Source: an uncultured PS1 clade bacterium (GTDB taxonomy: Bacteria > Pseudomonadota > Alphaproteobacteria > MED-G09). From it: 64,000 bases of DNA. Under the pieces are notes generated by a model, which worked only from the letters and a program-made list of their open reading frames with translations, did not search any database and was not told the DNA's origin. Location: contig CACBCD010000001.1 in NCBI GenBank assembly GCA_902537725.1, positions 5,482 through 69,481 of the forward strand, written 5' to 3'. Below are positions 49,237-59,654 of the stretch, in pieces. The stretch's first letter is position 1, and every line of letters starts with the position of its first letter. Both the position numbers and the translations under genes were made by a program.

Positions 49237-50694
49237 CTATCTCCAAAAAGACTTATTAAAAATCACAATTAATGTAAGGAACTCAAGCCTACCAGCAAGC
49301 ATTCCAAAAGAGAGTAACCATTTTGCTATTTCAGGAATTTGACTAAAACTATAAGCTGGACCGATTACTTGACCAAGACCAGGTCCAACATTTGATATCG
49401 ATGTTGCAGCTGCAGAAAACGCGGTCAAAAGATCTAGCCCTGTAAAACTTAAAAGAATAGATAGAACTATAAAAGTTAGTATAAAAATGAAAAGAAAAGT
49501 TATGACAGATTGAGTAATTTCAGGACTTAAATGCTCACCATTATATCTTTTATTGACCACTCTGTTAGGGCTAATAAGTTTTGAAATCATCTCTTTCGAG
49601 TTGTTAAATACTATTTGCAGTCTAAAAATTTTCACACCACATGTAGTTGAACCTGCACATCCACCGATAAAGGTAATAAAGAGAAAAAGAAGAATTATTG
49701 GTGTTCCCCAGTCATTATAATTAGTACTTGTAAATCCAGTCCCTGTTAAAATTGAGGTAACGTTGAATAATGAGTATCTTAAAATCTCTGTAAAGGTAAA
49801 ATTGCTTGTAAGAAAAAGGTAAAAAACAACAATTAGAATGGAAACTACTAATATTTTAAAAAATCCTTGAACTTGTTGATCTCCTATTAAATTTTTTGGC
49901 TTACCTCTTATTGCCTTTAGATACAAAACAAATGGAAGGCTTGCTAAAATCATAAATAAAATAGTTAAAGCTTCAAGATTAACATTATTATAGCTTCCAA
50001 TAGATCCTGATTTTGATGAAAAGCCACCTGTTGCAATAGTAGTCATCGCATGAACCACAGAATCAAAGAAAGTAAGTCCTGAAAAAATAAATGCAATAGC
50101 ACAGATAACCGATAGGGTAATATAGAGAACAGATATTTCTGCTGCTATTCTTGCAGCTTTGGGTAATATTTTCTCTGATGTATCAGAACTTTCTAATCTG
50201 AATAATTGCATTCCACCAACCCCAAGTCTTGGAAGAATTGATATTGCGCTTACAATAATTCCTATTCCACCCAGCCATTGAAGAATCGCTCTCCAAAGAA
50301 TTATTCCTCTTGATGAATTCTCGATATCATTAATTATTGTTGAACCGGTTGTTGTTAATCCAGAAACTGACTCAAAAAAAGCATCTGTTACACTAAAATT
50401 TTGAGTTGATGTTATGAAGGGTAGTGATGCAAAGATTGATAAAGAAAACCAACTTAATACTACCAACATAAAAGCACTTTTTACCTCAATCTTAATAGTA
50501 TTCCCTCTATTCATTAAAATAAAAGATATGCCCATGAAGAAGGTAAAGACACTACTTACAAAAAAACCAGTCCAATTTTGATTTCCTTCGAAGAAATCTA
50601 ATAGACCTGGTATAAGCATAGCAAAAGATAGCCATAAAAGGAAAATTCCAATTACTGATACTATTGGCTGTATAATAATAGATGCTGTTTTCAT
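49237..50694 (-). CDS. trkH: Trk potassium uptake membrane protein
   Basis: FESVSGLTTTG, QWLGGIG, GCAGST..G.K, NVGPG and GRLE motifs. Confidence 0.95.
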   Translation of the reverse strand: MKTASIIIQPIVSVIGIFLLWLSFAMLIPGLLDFFEGNQNWTGFFVSSVFTFFMGISFILMNRGNTIKIEVKSAFMLVVLSWFSLSIFASLPFITSTQNFSVTDAFFESVSGLTTTGSTIINDIENSSRGIILWRAILQWLGGIGIIVSAISILPRLGVGGMQLFRLESSDTSEKILPKAARIAAEISVLYITLSVICAIAFIFSGLTFFDSVVHAMTTIATGGFSSKSGSIGSYNNVNLEALTILFMILASLPFVLYLKAIRGKPKNLIGDQQVQGFFKILVVSILIVVFYLFLTSNFTFTEILRYSLFNVTSILTGTGFTSTNYNDWGTPIILLFLFITFIGGCAGSTTCGVKIFRLQIVFNNSKEMISKLISPNRVVNKRYNGEHLSPEITQSVITFLFIFILTFIVLSILLSFTGLDLLTAFSAAATSISNVGPGLGQVIGPAYSFSQIPEIAKWLLSFGMLAGRLEFLTLIVIFNKSFWR

Positions 50695-50802
50695 TTTTTT
50701 ATTATATACCTATTTAATATCATTATATACGAACTTATGATCTTATATTAGATTAGAAAATATATTCTTTTTGGATATTTTTACTTTGAGATATTTAAAA
50801 CT

Positions 50803-51972
50803 ATGAGCAAAAAAAAATCACCCGACTTATTTTTAGATAGTAATTCTGAAGAAGCTGAATTTAAAGGTGCCCCTGGTCAAAAGATTTCTCTTTCAGGAAT
50901 TCTTCCTGGTCAAATAATACGAAATATGATTGAAAATGGCGAGATATGGTCTCAAGGAAATATTTTAGAAGAACAAATCCAGCCTGCCAGTCTTGATTTA
51001 AGATTGAGTGATATAGCCTACAGAATTAGGGCAAGTTTTCTTCCTTCCGAAGGCTCTGTTCAGGAAAAGTTGACAGAACTAGCTCTTCACAAAATTGATA
51101 TTTCAGATGGAGCTGTTTTGGAAACTGGATGTGTATATTTGGTACCTTTAATGGAGGCGCTATCTCTTCCTGAAAGAATAAAAGCCATCTCAAACCCAAA
51201 AAGCTCTACCGGAAGAGTTGATGTTTTTACTAGGTTGATTTGTGATGGTAGCCATGAATTTGATAAGGTTCCAGGTGGATATAAAGGTCATCTTTGGTTA
51301 GAGATATCTCCAAGAACTTTTCCAGTAATCGTTAGACAAGGTACACGATTAAATCAAATGAGATTTAGAAGGGGTAATACTAAAAGCTCAGACAAAGAAT
51401 TAAAAAAACTACATATCGAGGATAATATTGTTTTTAATGGAAAGGCCGATATTGCCGAAGGATTAGCTGTTTCTGTTAATTTAAAGGCTGCAAATGAAGA
51501 CAGTATAGTTGGCTACAAAGCAAAAAGACACGCTGGTTTAATTGATTTGGATAAACCAAATAAATATAAAATTGCCAAATTTTGGGATCCTGTTTTTATG
51601 AATGATGAAAGTAGAATAATTTTAGATCCAGGAGAGTTTTATATTCTAGCATCTCATGAGTCTATTGCGGTACCACCAAGTCATGCTGCTGAGATGATTC
51701 CATTTAATCCATCAATTGGAGAATTCAGAGTTCATTATGCTGGTTTTTTTGATCCAGGTTTTGGACATGGCTCTTCTGATGGTGAAGGTTCAAAAGCTGT
51801 TTTAGAGGTTCGTGGATATGATGTTCCTTTTATTTTGGAACATAATCAAATAGTTGGAAGATTGATATACGAGAAGCTTACAGAGTTTCCTGAGAAATTT
51901 TATGGATCATCAATTGGTTCAAATTATCAAAAACAAAACCTTCGATTGTCAAAGCACTTTATTCAAGACTAA
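50803..51972 (+). CDS. dcd: 2'-deoxycytidine 5'-triphosphate deaminase (alphaproteobacterial long type)
   Basis: QPASLDLRL, NPKSSTGR.D and HYAGFFDPGFG motifs. Confidence 0.92.
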   Translation: MSKKKSPDLFLDSNSEEAEFKGAPGQKISLSGILPGQIIRNMIENGEIWSQGNILEEQIQPASLDLRLSDIAYRIRASFLPSEGSVQEKLTELALHKIDISDGAVLETGCVYLVPLMEALSLPERIKAISNPKSSTGRVDVFTRLICDGSHEFDKVPGGYKGHLWLEISPRTFPVIVRQGTRLNQMRFRRGNTKSSDKELKKLHIEDNIVFNGKADIAEGLAVSVNLKAANEDSIVGYKAKRHAGLIDLDKPNKYKIAKFWDPVFMNDESRIILDPGEFYILASHESIAVPPSHAAEMIPFNPSIGEFRVHYAGFFDPGFGHGSSDGEGSKAVLEVRGYDVPFILEHNQIVGRLIYEKLTEFPEKFYGSSIGSNYQKQNLRLSKHFIQD

Positions 51973-51994
51973 ATATTTACTTATTTTACTATGG

Positions 51995-52411
51995 TTAAAG
52001 ATCTTGATATTTAAATTTTATTGAATGTTTGATAGATGTTGTTTCGAGAGCATCTAATTCAAATGAGTTTTCAAATAATTCAAGCAACCTATAACTTTCT
52101 TCACTTACTTCAAGATCTGCCATCATAATTTCAATAGCTAAAATATAGGCTGTTTTTTTTAGATTTGAATTTTCTTCTAAGCTATCTCCTATAAGATCAA
52201 CAATGTTTTCAACATTAGGCTCAGATTTAATAACTTCCATACTTTCAATAATTTTTTTTGACAAATGATCGTTATTACTGTTTTCAAATACTGGCAAAGT
52301 GGTAAAAAGATAATTAATTACCTTTAATTCTTTATCAGTGATATCACCAGATACCGCAGCAGATAGAGTCATGGTATAAATAAGACTATCAATAGGATCG
52401 AGATTATTCAT
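51995..52411 (-). CDS. Tellurite resistance TerB family protein (start ATG 52411)
   Basis: LIY.M.LSAA..G.ITD.EL, TAY.LA.E...AD....EE pattern; usual neighbour of lysS. Confidence 0.82.
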   Translation of the reverse strand: MNNLDPIDSLIYTMTLSAAVSGDITDKELKVINYLFTTLPVFENSNNDHLSKKIIESMEVIKSEPNVENIVDLIGDSLEENSNLKKTAYILAIEIMMADLEVSEESYRLLELFENSFELDALETTSIKHSIKFKYQDL

Positions 52412-53987
52412 GAATAAATCTTTAATAGCTGATGCATTAGAAAGCAAGTCGTGGCCTTTTGAAGAAGCAAAAAAAATTTTAAAGCGTATTGGGGATAATA
52501 AAAAAAATATTATCTTCGAAACAGGTTATGGACCTTCAGGATTACCGCATATTGGAACTTTTGGTGAAGTTGCTAGAACCTCAATGGTAAGATTTGCTCT
52601 TAATGTCTTAAATCCAGATTTAAAGTCAAAAATTATATGTTTTTCAGATGATATGGATGGTTTAAGGAAGGTTCCGGACAATATACCTAATAAAGAAATT
52701 TTAGAAAATAATCTCGAAAAACCTCTATCAAGTATTCCAGACCCTTATGGGGAGTTTAAAAGTTATGCTGATTACAATAATAATTTATTACGAAATTTTT
52801 TAGATAGATTTAATTTTGATTATGAATTTATGAGTGCATCTGAACAGTATTTATCCGGAAGATTTGATGAAACATTAATAGATATTTTGAATAATTATGA
52901 CTCTATTCAAAATATAATTTTACCTACTCTTGGTGAAGAGAGAAAGAAAACTTATTCTCCATTTTTACCAATATGCAAAGAAACTGGAAAAGTTCTCATG
53001 ACAAGTGTCATAGAAATTGACAAAAAAAATAATTCTATACTTTATCTTGATGAGGTTCGTAATAAAGAGGTTGAAACATCCGTTCTTTCTGGAAACTGTA
53101 AGCTTCAGTGGAAGGTTGATTGGGCTATGCGTTGGATGGCACTTGGAGTTGACTATGAGATGGCTGGGAAGGATTTAATTGACTCTGTTAATTTATCCGG
53201 AAGGATTTGTAAAGCATTAGATAAAAAACCACCCGAGGGTTTTAATTATGAGCTATTTTTGGATGAGAAAGGTGAAAAAATATCCAAGTCAAAAGGGAAC
53301 GGTATCACAATTGATGAGTGGTTAAGATATGCTAGCCCTGAAAGTTTATCATTGTATATGTTTCAAAAACCTAAGAGAGCAAAAAAACTCTCTTTTGATG
53401 TTATTCCTAAAGCAGTCGATGAGTATCAAACATTTTTAACTAAATATAATGATCAGACTGATACTGAAAGATTAAATAATCCTGTTTTTCATATACATAA
53501 TGGAGATCCTTTAATTTTTGATACACCAATAACATTTTCTTTAATACTCAACTTAGTTAATGCCTCGCAAGCAGACAATAAAGAGACACTTTGGGGCTTT
53601 ATTAAAGGTTATATTGGTGACGTTTCTGAAGACACGAGAATATATATTGATAGACTTTTAGGATATGCAATTTTCTACTTTAATGATTTTATCCTTCCTA
53701 CAAAAAAATATAAGACCCCTGACGATAAAGAGTGTGAGTTATTAGAAGAACTTTTAAATCGTTTAAGGGCTCTTGAGAATGATGTTGAGGCGGAAACAAT
53801 ACAAACTATTTTTTACGATATTGGCAAGGAAGCAAATTATGAAAATCTGAGAGAATGGTTCTTAGTGCTTTATCAAATTCTTTTGGGTCAAGACCAAGGT
53901 CCAAGATTGGGCTCGTTTACTAAACTTTATGGTATTGATAAGACATGTTCTCTTATTGAGAATGCTAAATCAAAAAATTTAGGTTAG
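52410..53987 (+). CDS. lysS: Class I lysyl-tRNA synthetase
   Basis: ETGYGPSGLPHIGT, KLQWKVDW, KISKSKGN and GPRLG motifs. Confidence 0.96.
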   Translation: MNKSLIADALESKSWPFEEAKKILKRIGDNKKNIIFETGYGPSGLPHIGTFGEVARTSMVRFALNVLNPDLKSKIICFSDDMDGLRKVPDNIPNKEILENNLEKPLSSIPDPYGEFKSYADYNNNLLRNFLDRFNFDYEFMSASEQYLSGRFDETLIDILNNYDSIQNIILPTLGEERKKTYSPFLPICKETGKVLMTSVIEIDKKNNSILYLDEVRNKEVETSVLSGNCKLQWKVDWAMRWMALGVDYEMAGKDLIDSVNLSGRICKALDKKPPEGFNYELFLDEKGEKISKSKGNGITIDEWLRYASPESLSLYMFQKPKRAKKLSFDVIPKAVDEYQTFLTKYNDQTDTERLNNPVFHIHNGDPLIFDTPITFSLILNLVNASQADNKETLWGFIKGYIGDVSEDTRIYIDRLLGYAIFYFNDFILPTKKYKTPDDKECELLEELLNRLRALENDVEAETIQTIFYDIGKEANYENLREWFLVLYQILLGQDQGPRLGSFTKLYGIDKTCSLIENAKSKNLG

Positions 53988-54815
53988 TTCATTTACTGCT
54001 TCTTCAAGATTTTTTTCACCAGATCCAGGGGTTAACGGCTTAGGTTGATTTTCATCATATTTCCATCCCAATAACCAAGCAATTTCAAATGTTGAATATA
54101 TCTTACCATCTTTATTAGAAAAATCTTTTTTGTAAATTTCTATGGCTCTTTCAATTACATCTCTTCTTGAAAAATTTTTTTGTCTTTCTGTTAATATATT
54201 AGTTTCTCCCATTTCTCGAATGTCTGAGAATAATTTTTCTGGATTATTATAAACAATCTTATGTCTATCAATATCAGCAACCGGAAGAGTGAAATTTGCC
54301 CTTTGAAGAAGATTTGAAAGATCATTTAAATCTGCGAAGGGGCTGATTTTTGGGCTTGCACCACCAAGGATTTCTTCCTCAGCACTCATAAGGGAATACC
54401 TTAATTCTTTCAATGTTTCTCCAGCAAAAAGACATGCAATAAATAAACCATTTGCTCGGAGTGATTGATTAATTTGGAATAATGTTCCAGGAATATCATT
54501 AGCAAAATGGATATTAAAAAAACTAACTATTAGATCAAGGCTGTTTCCTTTTATGGGTAGGAATTCTTCATCGGAAATAATATTTACTGTTTCTGACTTG
54601 TAAATATCTGCATGAAATAGATTTATAATATTTTTTGATTTGGGTATTTTGATATTTCGAAATCCAAATGTTATTCCATTTTCAAATTCATTTTTTATCA
54701 GACTAATTCTATCAAATATTTCATAGGAATATTCTTCAAAAAAAAGTTTTGATTTTGATTGCACATTATCTGATCTTTTTCGTCTGAATTGTTTTATCTT
54801 TTGATCATGAATCAT
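53979..54815 (-). CDS. SAM-dependent methyltransferase (BioC/NDUFAF5-like)
   Basis: DEE.LP, ND.PG, GETL.ELR, LLQRA.F.LPVAD and QPKPL.PGS motifs. Confidence 0.88.
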   Translation of the reverse strand: MIHDQKIKQFRRKRSDNVQSKSKLFFEEYSYEIFDRISLIKNEFENGITFGFRNIKIPKSKNIINLFHADIYKSETVNIISDEEFLPIKGNSLDLIVSFFNIHFANDIPGTLFQINQSLRANGLFIACLFAGETLKELRYSLMSAEEEILGGASPKISPFADLNDLSNLLQRANFTLPVADIDRHKIVYNNPEKLFSDIREMGETNILTERQKNFSRRDVIERAIEIYKKDFSNKDGKIYSTFEIAWLLGWKYDENQPKPLTPGSGEKNLEEAVNELT

Positions 54816-54917
54816 TCTTGATACTCAAAATTATTAATATATTTATATAAATCTTTTTTTATTAGTTTATTGAATTTAATCTATTATATACCATATAAAT
54901 ATTATTGGAGATTGAAT

Positions 54918-55172
54918 TTGAAGATAGATATTTATACTGGCCCTATGTGCCCATACTGCACTAAAGCTAAAGAGCTCCTTGAGCAAAAAAATCTTTCGTT
55001 TAATGAATTATATATTGGCGATGATTTTAATATTATGGAAGAAATGCTTAATAGATCTGGTGGTAAAAGAACTGTACCTCAAATTTTTATCAATGATTTT
55101 CATGTTGGTGGGTATGACGATCTTTATGCAATAGACCGCAGTGGAGAACTTGATAAATTATTAGAAAGTTAA
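54918..55172 (+). CDS. grxC: Glutaredoxin 3 (start TTG 54918)
   Basis: CPYC, TVPQIFI and HVGGYDD motifs; GGAG SD. Confidence 0.94.
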   Translation: MKIDIYTGPMCPYCTKAKELLEQKNLSFNELYIGDDFNIMEEMLNRSGGKRTVPQIFINDFHVGGYDDLYAIDRSGELDKLLES

Positions 55173-55176
55173 AAAA

Positions 55177-55998
55177 TTGACAAAGTTCTCATTAATTCAA
55201 TTAAATACTGGTTGTGACCCTAAAAAATCATTTGAAGTCTTAAAGAAATTTATAGTTAAAGCTGCATCTGACGGAAGCAAATTTATATGTACTCCAGAAA
55301 CAACCAATATTATGGAAGTAAGAAATTCTCTGCTTTTTAAAAAGATTTATTCAGAAAAAGAGGATATTTATTTAGAAAAAATTTTAAAACTTACTAAAGA
55401 GCTTAATATTTGGTTAAATTTAGGATCTTGGATACTAAAAGATAAGAATAATAAAGCCGTTAATAGAACTATTTTGATTAACCCTGACGGATTAATCCAT
55501 GCTCGTTATGATAAAATCCATTTATTTGATGTTGAGATCTCTAAAAAAGAAAAATATCTAGAAAGTAAAACGTATAATTCTGGAAATAAGGCTGTAGTAA
55601 CCAACACGCCGTTTGGATCCTTAGGTCTTACTATTTGTTATGATTTAAGATTCCCTTATCTTTACAGAGATCTTGCTATGAATGGTGCTGAAATCATTTT
55701 TGTCCCATCTGCTTTTACATATGATACTGGCAAGGTTCACTGGCACTCATTATTAAAAGCAAGAGCTATTGAGACTGGATCATATGTAATAGCTGCGGCA
55801 CAAAAAGGTACCCATGAAAATAAGAGAAAAACTTATGGCCACTCCTTAGTGATAGATCCTTGGGGTAAGATTATTGCTGAAAAAAATAATGGGATAGGTG
55901 TAATGGATTTTGATATTGATTTAAAGAGAGTCAAAATAGCAAGATCAAAAATCCCTTCTATAAACGTGAATAAAAAATATAAAATCTTAAGAAATTAA
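55177..55998 (+). CDS. Carbon-nitrogen hydrolase (Nit1-like, probable deaminated glutathione amidase)
   Basis: PE, YDKIHLFD and ICYDLRFP (Glu-Lys-Cys triad). Confidence 0.92.
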   Translation: MTKFSLIQLNTGCDPKKSFEVLKKFIVKAASDGSKFICTPETTNIMEVRNSLLFKKIYSEKEDIYLEKILKLTKELNIWLNLGSWILKDKNNKAVNRTILINPDGLIHARYDKIHLFDVEISKKEKYLESKTYNSGNKAVVTNTPFGSLGLTICYDLRFPYLYRDLAMNGAEIIFVPSAFTYDTGKVHWHSLLKARAIETGSYVIAAAQKGTHENKRKTYGHSLVIDPWGKIIAEKNNGIGVMDFDIDLKRVKIARSKIPSINVNKKYKILRN

Positions 55999-56000
55999 AA

Positions 56001-56420
56001 ATGATTAAATACAATTTAAAATGCGAAAATGATCATAATTTTGATGCTTGGTTTTCTGACTCTTCTAATTTTGAAAAGCAGAACAAAAAGAATCTTATTC
56101 TTTGCCCAAAGTGTAGTTCAACGAAAATTGAAAAAAATATTATGGCCCCTAACATTGGTTCAAAAAAACAAAGTTATACAAATGCTCTAAAAACTGAAAA
56201 AAATATTGAAAAAATCATTAAAAATGTTCGCAAGCATGTTGAAAAAAATTATGAGTATGTTGGAAATAAATTTGCTGATGAAGCAAGAGCCATTCATTAC
56301 GGAGAGAAAGAGGAAAGAGAAATTTACGGTGAAACTTCTATTGAAGAAGCCGTTGATTTAATTGAAGAAGGTGTAAACGTTACACCCTTACCTGGTATTG
56401 ATCCAAAAATTAAGAATTAA
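56001..56420 (+). CDS. DUF1178 family protein
   Basis: MIKY.L.C...H.FD.WF, CP.C and FA.EAR.IHYGE motifs. Confidence 0.9.
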   Translation: MIKYNLKCENDHNFDAWFSDSSNFEKQNKKNLILCPKCSSTKIEKNIMAPNIGSKKQSYTNALKTEKNIEKIIKNVRKHVEKNYEYVGNKFADEARAIHYGEKEEREIYGETSIEEAVDLIEEGVNVTPLPGIDPKIKN

Positions 56421-57168
56421 TTTTAGATGAAACACCTAAATAATTTACAGATAAATCTTTAGATCTGCTCCAGCTATCAAAAAGTGGATTATACTTCATG
56501 CCTATAATTTCATCGATTTTTAATCCGTTACTTGAGAAAAATATTTTAAGTTCATCTGGGGTTATAAATTTTGACCAATCATGGGTTCCTCTGGGTAGCC
56601 AACCTAAAATATATTCAACGCCTATTATAGCCAATCCATAAGAAATGATTGTTCTGTTTAAGCTGGCAAAAACCATAATTCCATTCGAGGATAAAACTTT
56701 ACTACATGAATTAATAAATAGGTTCACATCGGAGACATGTTCTATAACCTCCATATTTAAAATTACGTCAAACTTATCTTCTTTATCAGAGATATCTTCC
56801 ACGGTTGAGTGAACATAATTAATGTCTAGTCCTTGTGACTCAGCATGAGTGGAAGCTGTTTTAATATTTTTTTCAACAACATCTAAACCTGTAACCTTTG
56901 CTCCTAATTTAGCCATTGGTTCAGATAATAATCCTCCACCACAGCCAATATCTAAAAGTTTGATATTTTTAAAGGGTTTTTTCTCATCAGTTGAAATATT
57001 AAAATGATTGATTATTTTCTCTCGTATAAAAGCTATTCTTGTAGGATTAAATTTGTGTAATGTTTTAAATTTACCATTTGGATCCCACCATTCCTCAGCT
57101 AATTTAGAGAATTTCTCATGCTCTAATGGATCAATTGTTGTTTTTTTATTTTCAATATTTTTAGTCAC
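56410..57168 (-). CDS. ubiG: Ubiquinone biosynthesis O-methyltransferase
   Basis: WWDPNGKF..LH.FNP.R, LDIGCGGGLL.E and LP.GTHDW motifs. Confidence 0.96.
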   Translation of the reverse strand: MTKNIENKKTTIDPLEHEKFSKLAEEWWDPNGKFKTLHKFNPTRIAFIREKIINHFNISTDEKKPFKNIKLLDIGCGGGLLSEPMAKLGAKVTGLDVVEKNIKTASTHAESQGLDINYVHSTVEDISDKEDKFDVILNMEVIEHVSDVNLFINSCSKVLSSNGIMVFASLNRTIISYGLAIIGVEYILGWLPRGTHDWSKFITPDELKIFFSSNGLKIDEIIGMKYNPLFDSWSRSKDLSVNYLGVSSKINS

Positions 57169-57283
57169 TATTACTTGCTCCTTACTCGGCTATACACTAT
57201 CTATGTCCCACGCCCAACAAGAAATTTTAAATTTATTATATTTTTAATTGATTTTCAGGTATTTAAATATCTTGGAGTGATAA

Positions 57284-58519
57284 ATGTCTAGAATAGTTAT
57301 GAAATTTGGTGGAACTTCTGTAGGAAGTGTTGAACGAATAAATCATGTTGCTGACATAGTTCGTTCAGAAGTTGACGCAAAAAATCAAGTTGTTGTTGTC
57401 TTATCAGCGATGGCTGGAGAAACTGATAGATTGGTTAATCTTACAAAGGATCTCTCAAAAGATTTTTCAGCCTCAGAATATGATGTTATTATCTCAAGCG
57501 GTGAACAAGTAAGCGTTGGCGCGTTATCTGGATTATTAAATTCTTTAGGGGTAAAATCTCAGTCATTACTTGGTTGGCAGGTTCCAATTGTGACTTCCTC
57601 ATATCATAAGTCATCTCGTATTGAGGCAATATCTTCAAAAGTTATTTTGAAACTCTTAGAGGAGAACAATGTTGTAATAATTCCTGGCTTTCAAGGTATC
57701 AACTCGGAGGGAAGAGTAACTACCTTAGGTCGTGGTGGATCAGATACTTCAGCAGTTGCTATAGCAGCAGCAATAAAAGCTGATTTTTGTGATATTTATA
57801 CTGATGTTGATGGGGTCTATACAACTGATCCAAATAAGGTTCCTGATGCTAAAAGGCTTGATAAAATATCTTATGAAGAAATGTTAGAAATGGCTTCTCT
57901 TGGGGCTAAGGTATTACAAACACGATCCGTTGAAACAGCGATGAATAACGATGTTGTTTTAAGAGTTCTCTCTAGTTTTTCCGATATTGGTGAAAAGAAA
58001 AAAGGAACATTGGTTTGTTCTGAAGACAGTATTTCAGACAAAAAAATTGTTACTGGTGTTGCTGCATCAACTAATGATGCCAAATTAACGCTTACGGGTA
58101 TTAGAGATAAGCCTGGTGTTGCCGCTGAAATTTTAGGGACACTTGCCGAAAATAATATTAATGTGGATATGATTGTGCAAAATATTTCTAATGACAGGAA
58201 AACAACTGATCTAACTTACACAGTTCCAAAAGATGAGTTTGATAATGCAAAGGGGTTGATGGATAAACTTTCAGAAACTTTGTCTTATGAAAGACTAATT
58301 GTTGATTCTAATATTGCAAAAATTTCAATAGTTGGTGTTGGCATGAGAAGTAATGCCGGTGTAGCAAGTCAGATGTTTGATGTATTGTCTAAAAATAATA
58401 TCAATATTGATGTAATCTCAACATCAGAGATTAAGATTTCAGTTTTGATAAATAAGGAGTTAACCGAGAAAGCTCTGAATACACTGCATGAACATTTTGA
58501 ATTAGGAAATATTAATTAA
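57284..58519 (+). CDS. lysC: Aspartate kinase
   Basis: KFGGTSV, TLGRGGSDTSA and DVDGVYT.DP motifs; ACT domains. Confidence 0.96.
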   Translation: MSRIVMKFGGTSVGSVERINHVADIVRSEVDAKNQVVVVLSAMAGETDRLVNLTKDLSKDFSASEYDVIISSGEQVSVGALSGLLNSLGVKSQSLLGWQVPIVTSSYHKSSRIEAISSKVILKLLEENNVVIIPGFQGINSEGRVTTLGRGGSDTSAVAIAAAIKADFCDIYTDVDGVYTTDPNKVPDAKRLDKISYEEMLEMASLGAKVLQTRSVETAMNNDVVLRVLSSFSDIGEKKKGTLVCSEDSISDKKIVTGVAASTNDAKLTLTGIRDKPGVAAEILGTLAENNINVDMIVQNISNDRKTTDLTYTVPKDEFDNAKGLMDKLSETLSYERLIVDSNIAKISIVGVGMRSNAGVASQMFDVLSKNNINIDVISTSEIKISVLINKELTEKALNTLHEHFELGNIN

Positions 58520-58547
58520 ATTTTCTTATTTCTGATAAGAGTTACTT

Positions 58548-59654
58548 ATGGAAAAATATTATTGGCGAGATATCAAAAGAAGAGAGAGCAATACCATTAA
58601 AGTTGGGTCTTTGACTGTAGGTGGCAATTCACCAATATCTGTTCAGTCAATGACGAATACAAAAACATCAGATGCTGATAAAACGATTAAACAAGTAAAA
58701 GAACTTGAGGACGCAGGTGCAGATCTGGTTAGAATTTCTTGCCCTGACAAAGAGTCTACTTCTTCTCTTAGGGAAATAGTTGATAATGTAACAGTACCTA
58801 TTATTGCTGATATTCATTTCCATTATGAAAGAGCAATAGAGGCTGCGAAAGCCGGAGCTTCTTGCCTTAGAATAAATCCTGGCAATATAGGAAGTATTGA
58901 CAGGGTTAAAGAAGTTGTAAATGCAGCTAAGGATTATGGCTGTTCAATTAGAATAGGTGTAAATGCAGGATCACTTGAAAAAGAAATTTTAGACAAATAT
59001 GGAAGTCCCTCTCCAGAGGCAATGGTTGAGAGTGCTTTGATGCATGAGAAAATCTTAAAAGACCTCGATTTTAATCAATATAAAATATCTGTTAAGGCTT
59101 CAGATGTTTTGTTAACAATTGAGGCATATAAACAATTAGCGAAAGCTACTAATGCGCCACTTCACCTTGGTGTTACAGAGGCAGGCGGATTAATGACGGG
59201 TTCGATTAAATCCTCCATAGGTATTGGACAATTATTAATGATGGGAATAGGCGATACTATTAGAGTTTCTCTCTCAGCAAATCCAGTTGAAGAAGTAAAA
59301 GTTGGTTTTAATATTCTTAAGAGTTTAGGGCTTCGTTACAGAGGGGTTACTATAATTTCTTGTCCATCCTGCGCCCGTCAGGGTTTTGAGGTTATTAAAA
59401 CAGTAAAAATTCTTGAAGATAGATTATCTCACATAACCGAGTCTATTACACTTTCAGTAATAGGCTGCGTTGTTAATGGACCAGGTGAAGCATTATATAC
59501 TGATGTTGGGTTTACAGGGGGCGGTAATAATAATGGTATGATTTACTTAAATGGTAAACAATTATCAAAAATTAACAATCAACAAATGATTGAAAAAATT
59601 GTTGAGCATGTTGAAAAAAAAGCTAATGAAATTTCTAATGAGAGGATAACATGA
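58548..59654 (+). CDS. ispG: (E)-4-hydroxy-3-methylbut-2-enyl-diphosphate synthase
   Basis: VQSMTNT, ADIHF, RINPGN, SCPSCAR and GCVVNGPGE motifs. Confidence 0.97.
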   Translation: MEKYYWRDIKRRESNTIKVGSLTVGGNSPISVQSMTNTKTSDADKTIKQVKELEDAGADLVRISCPDKESTSSLREIVDNVTVPIIADIHFHYERAIEAAKAGASCLRINPGNIGSIDRVKEVVNAAKDYGCSIRIGVNAGSLEKEILDKYGSPSPEAMVESALMHEKILKDLDFNQYKISVKASDVLLTIEAYKQLAKATNAPLHLGVTEAGGLMTGSIKSSIGIGQLLMMGIGDTIRVSLSANPVEEVKVGFNILKSLGLRYRGVTIISCPSCARQGFEVIKTVKILEDRLSHITESITLSVIGCVVNGPGEALYTDVGFTGGGNNNGMIYLNGKQLSKINNQQMIEKIVEHVEKKANEISNERIT

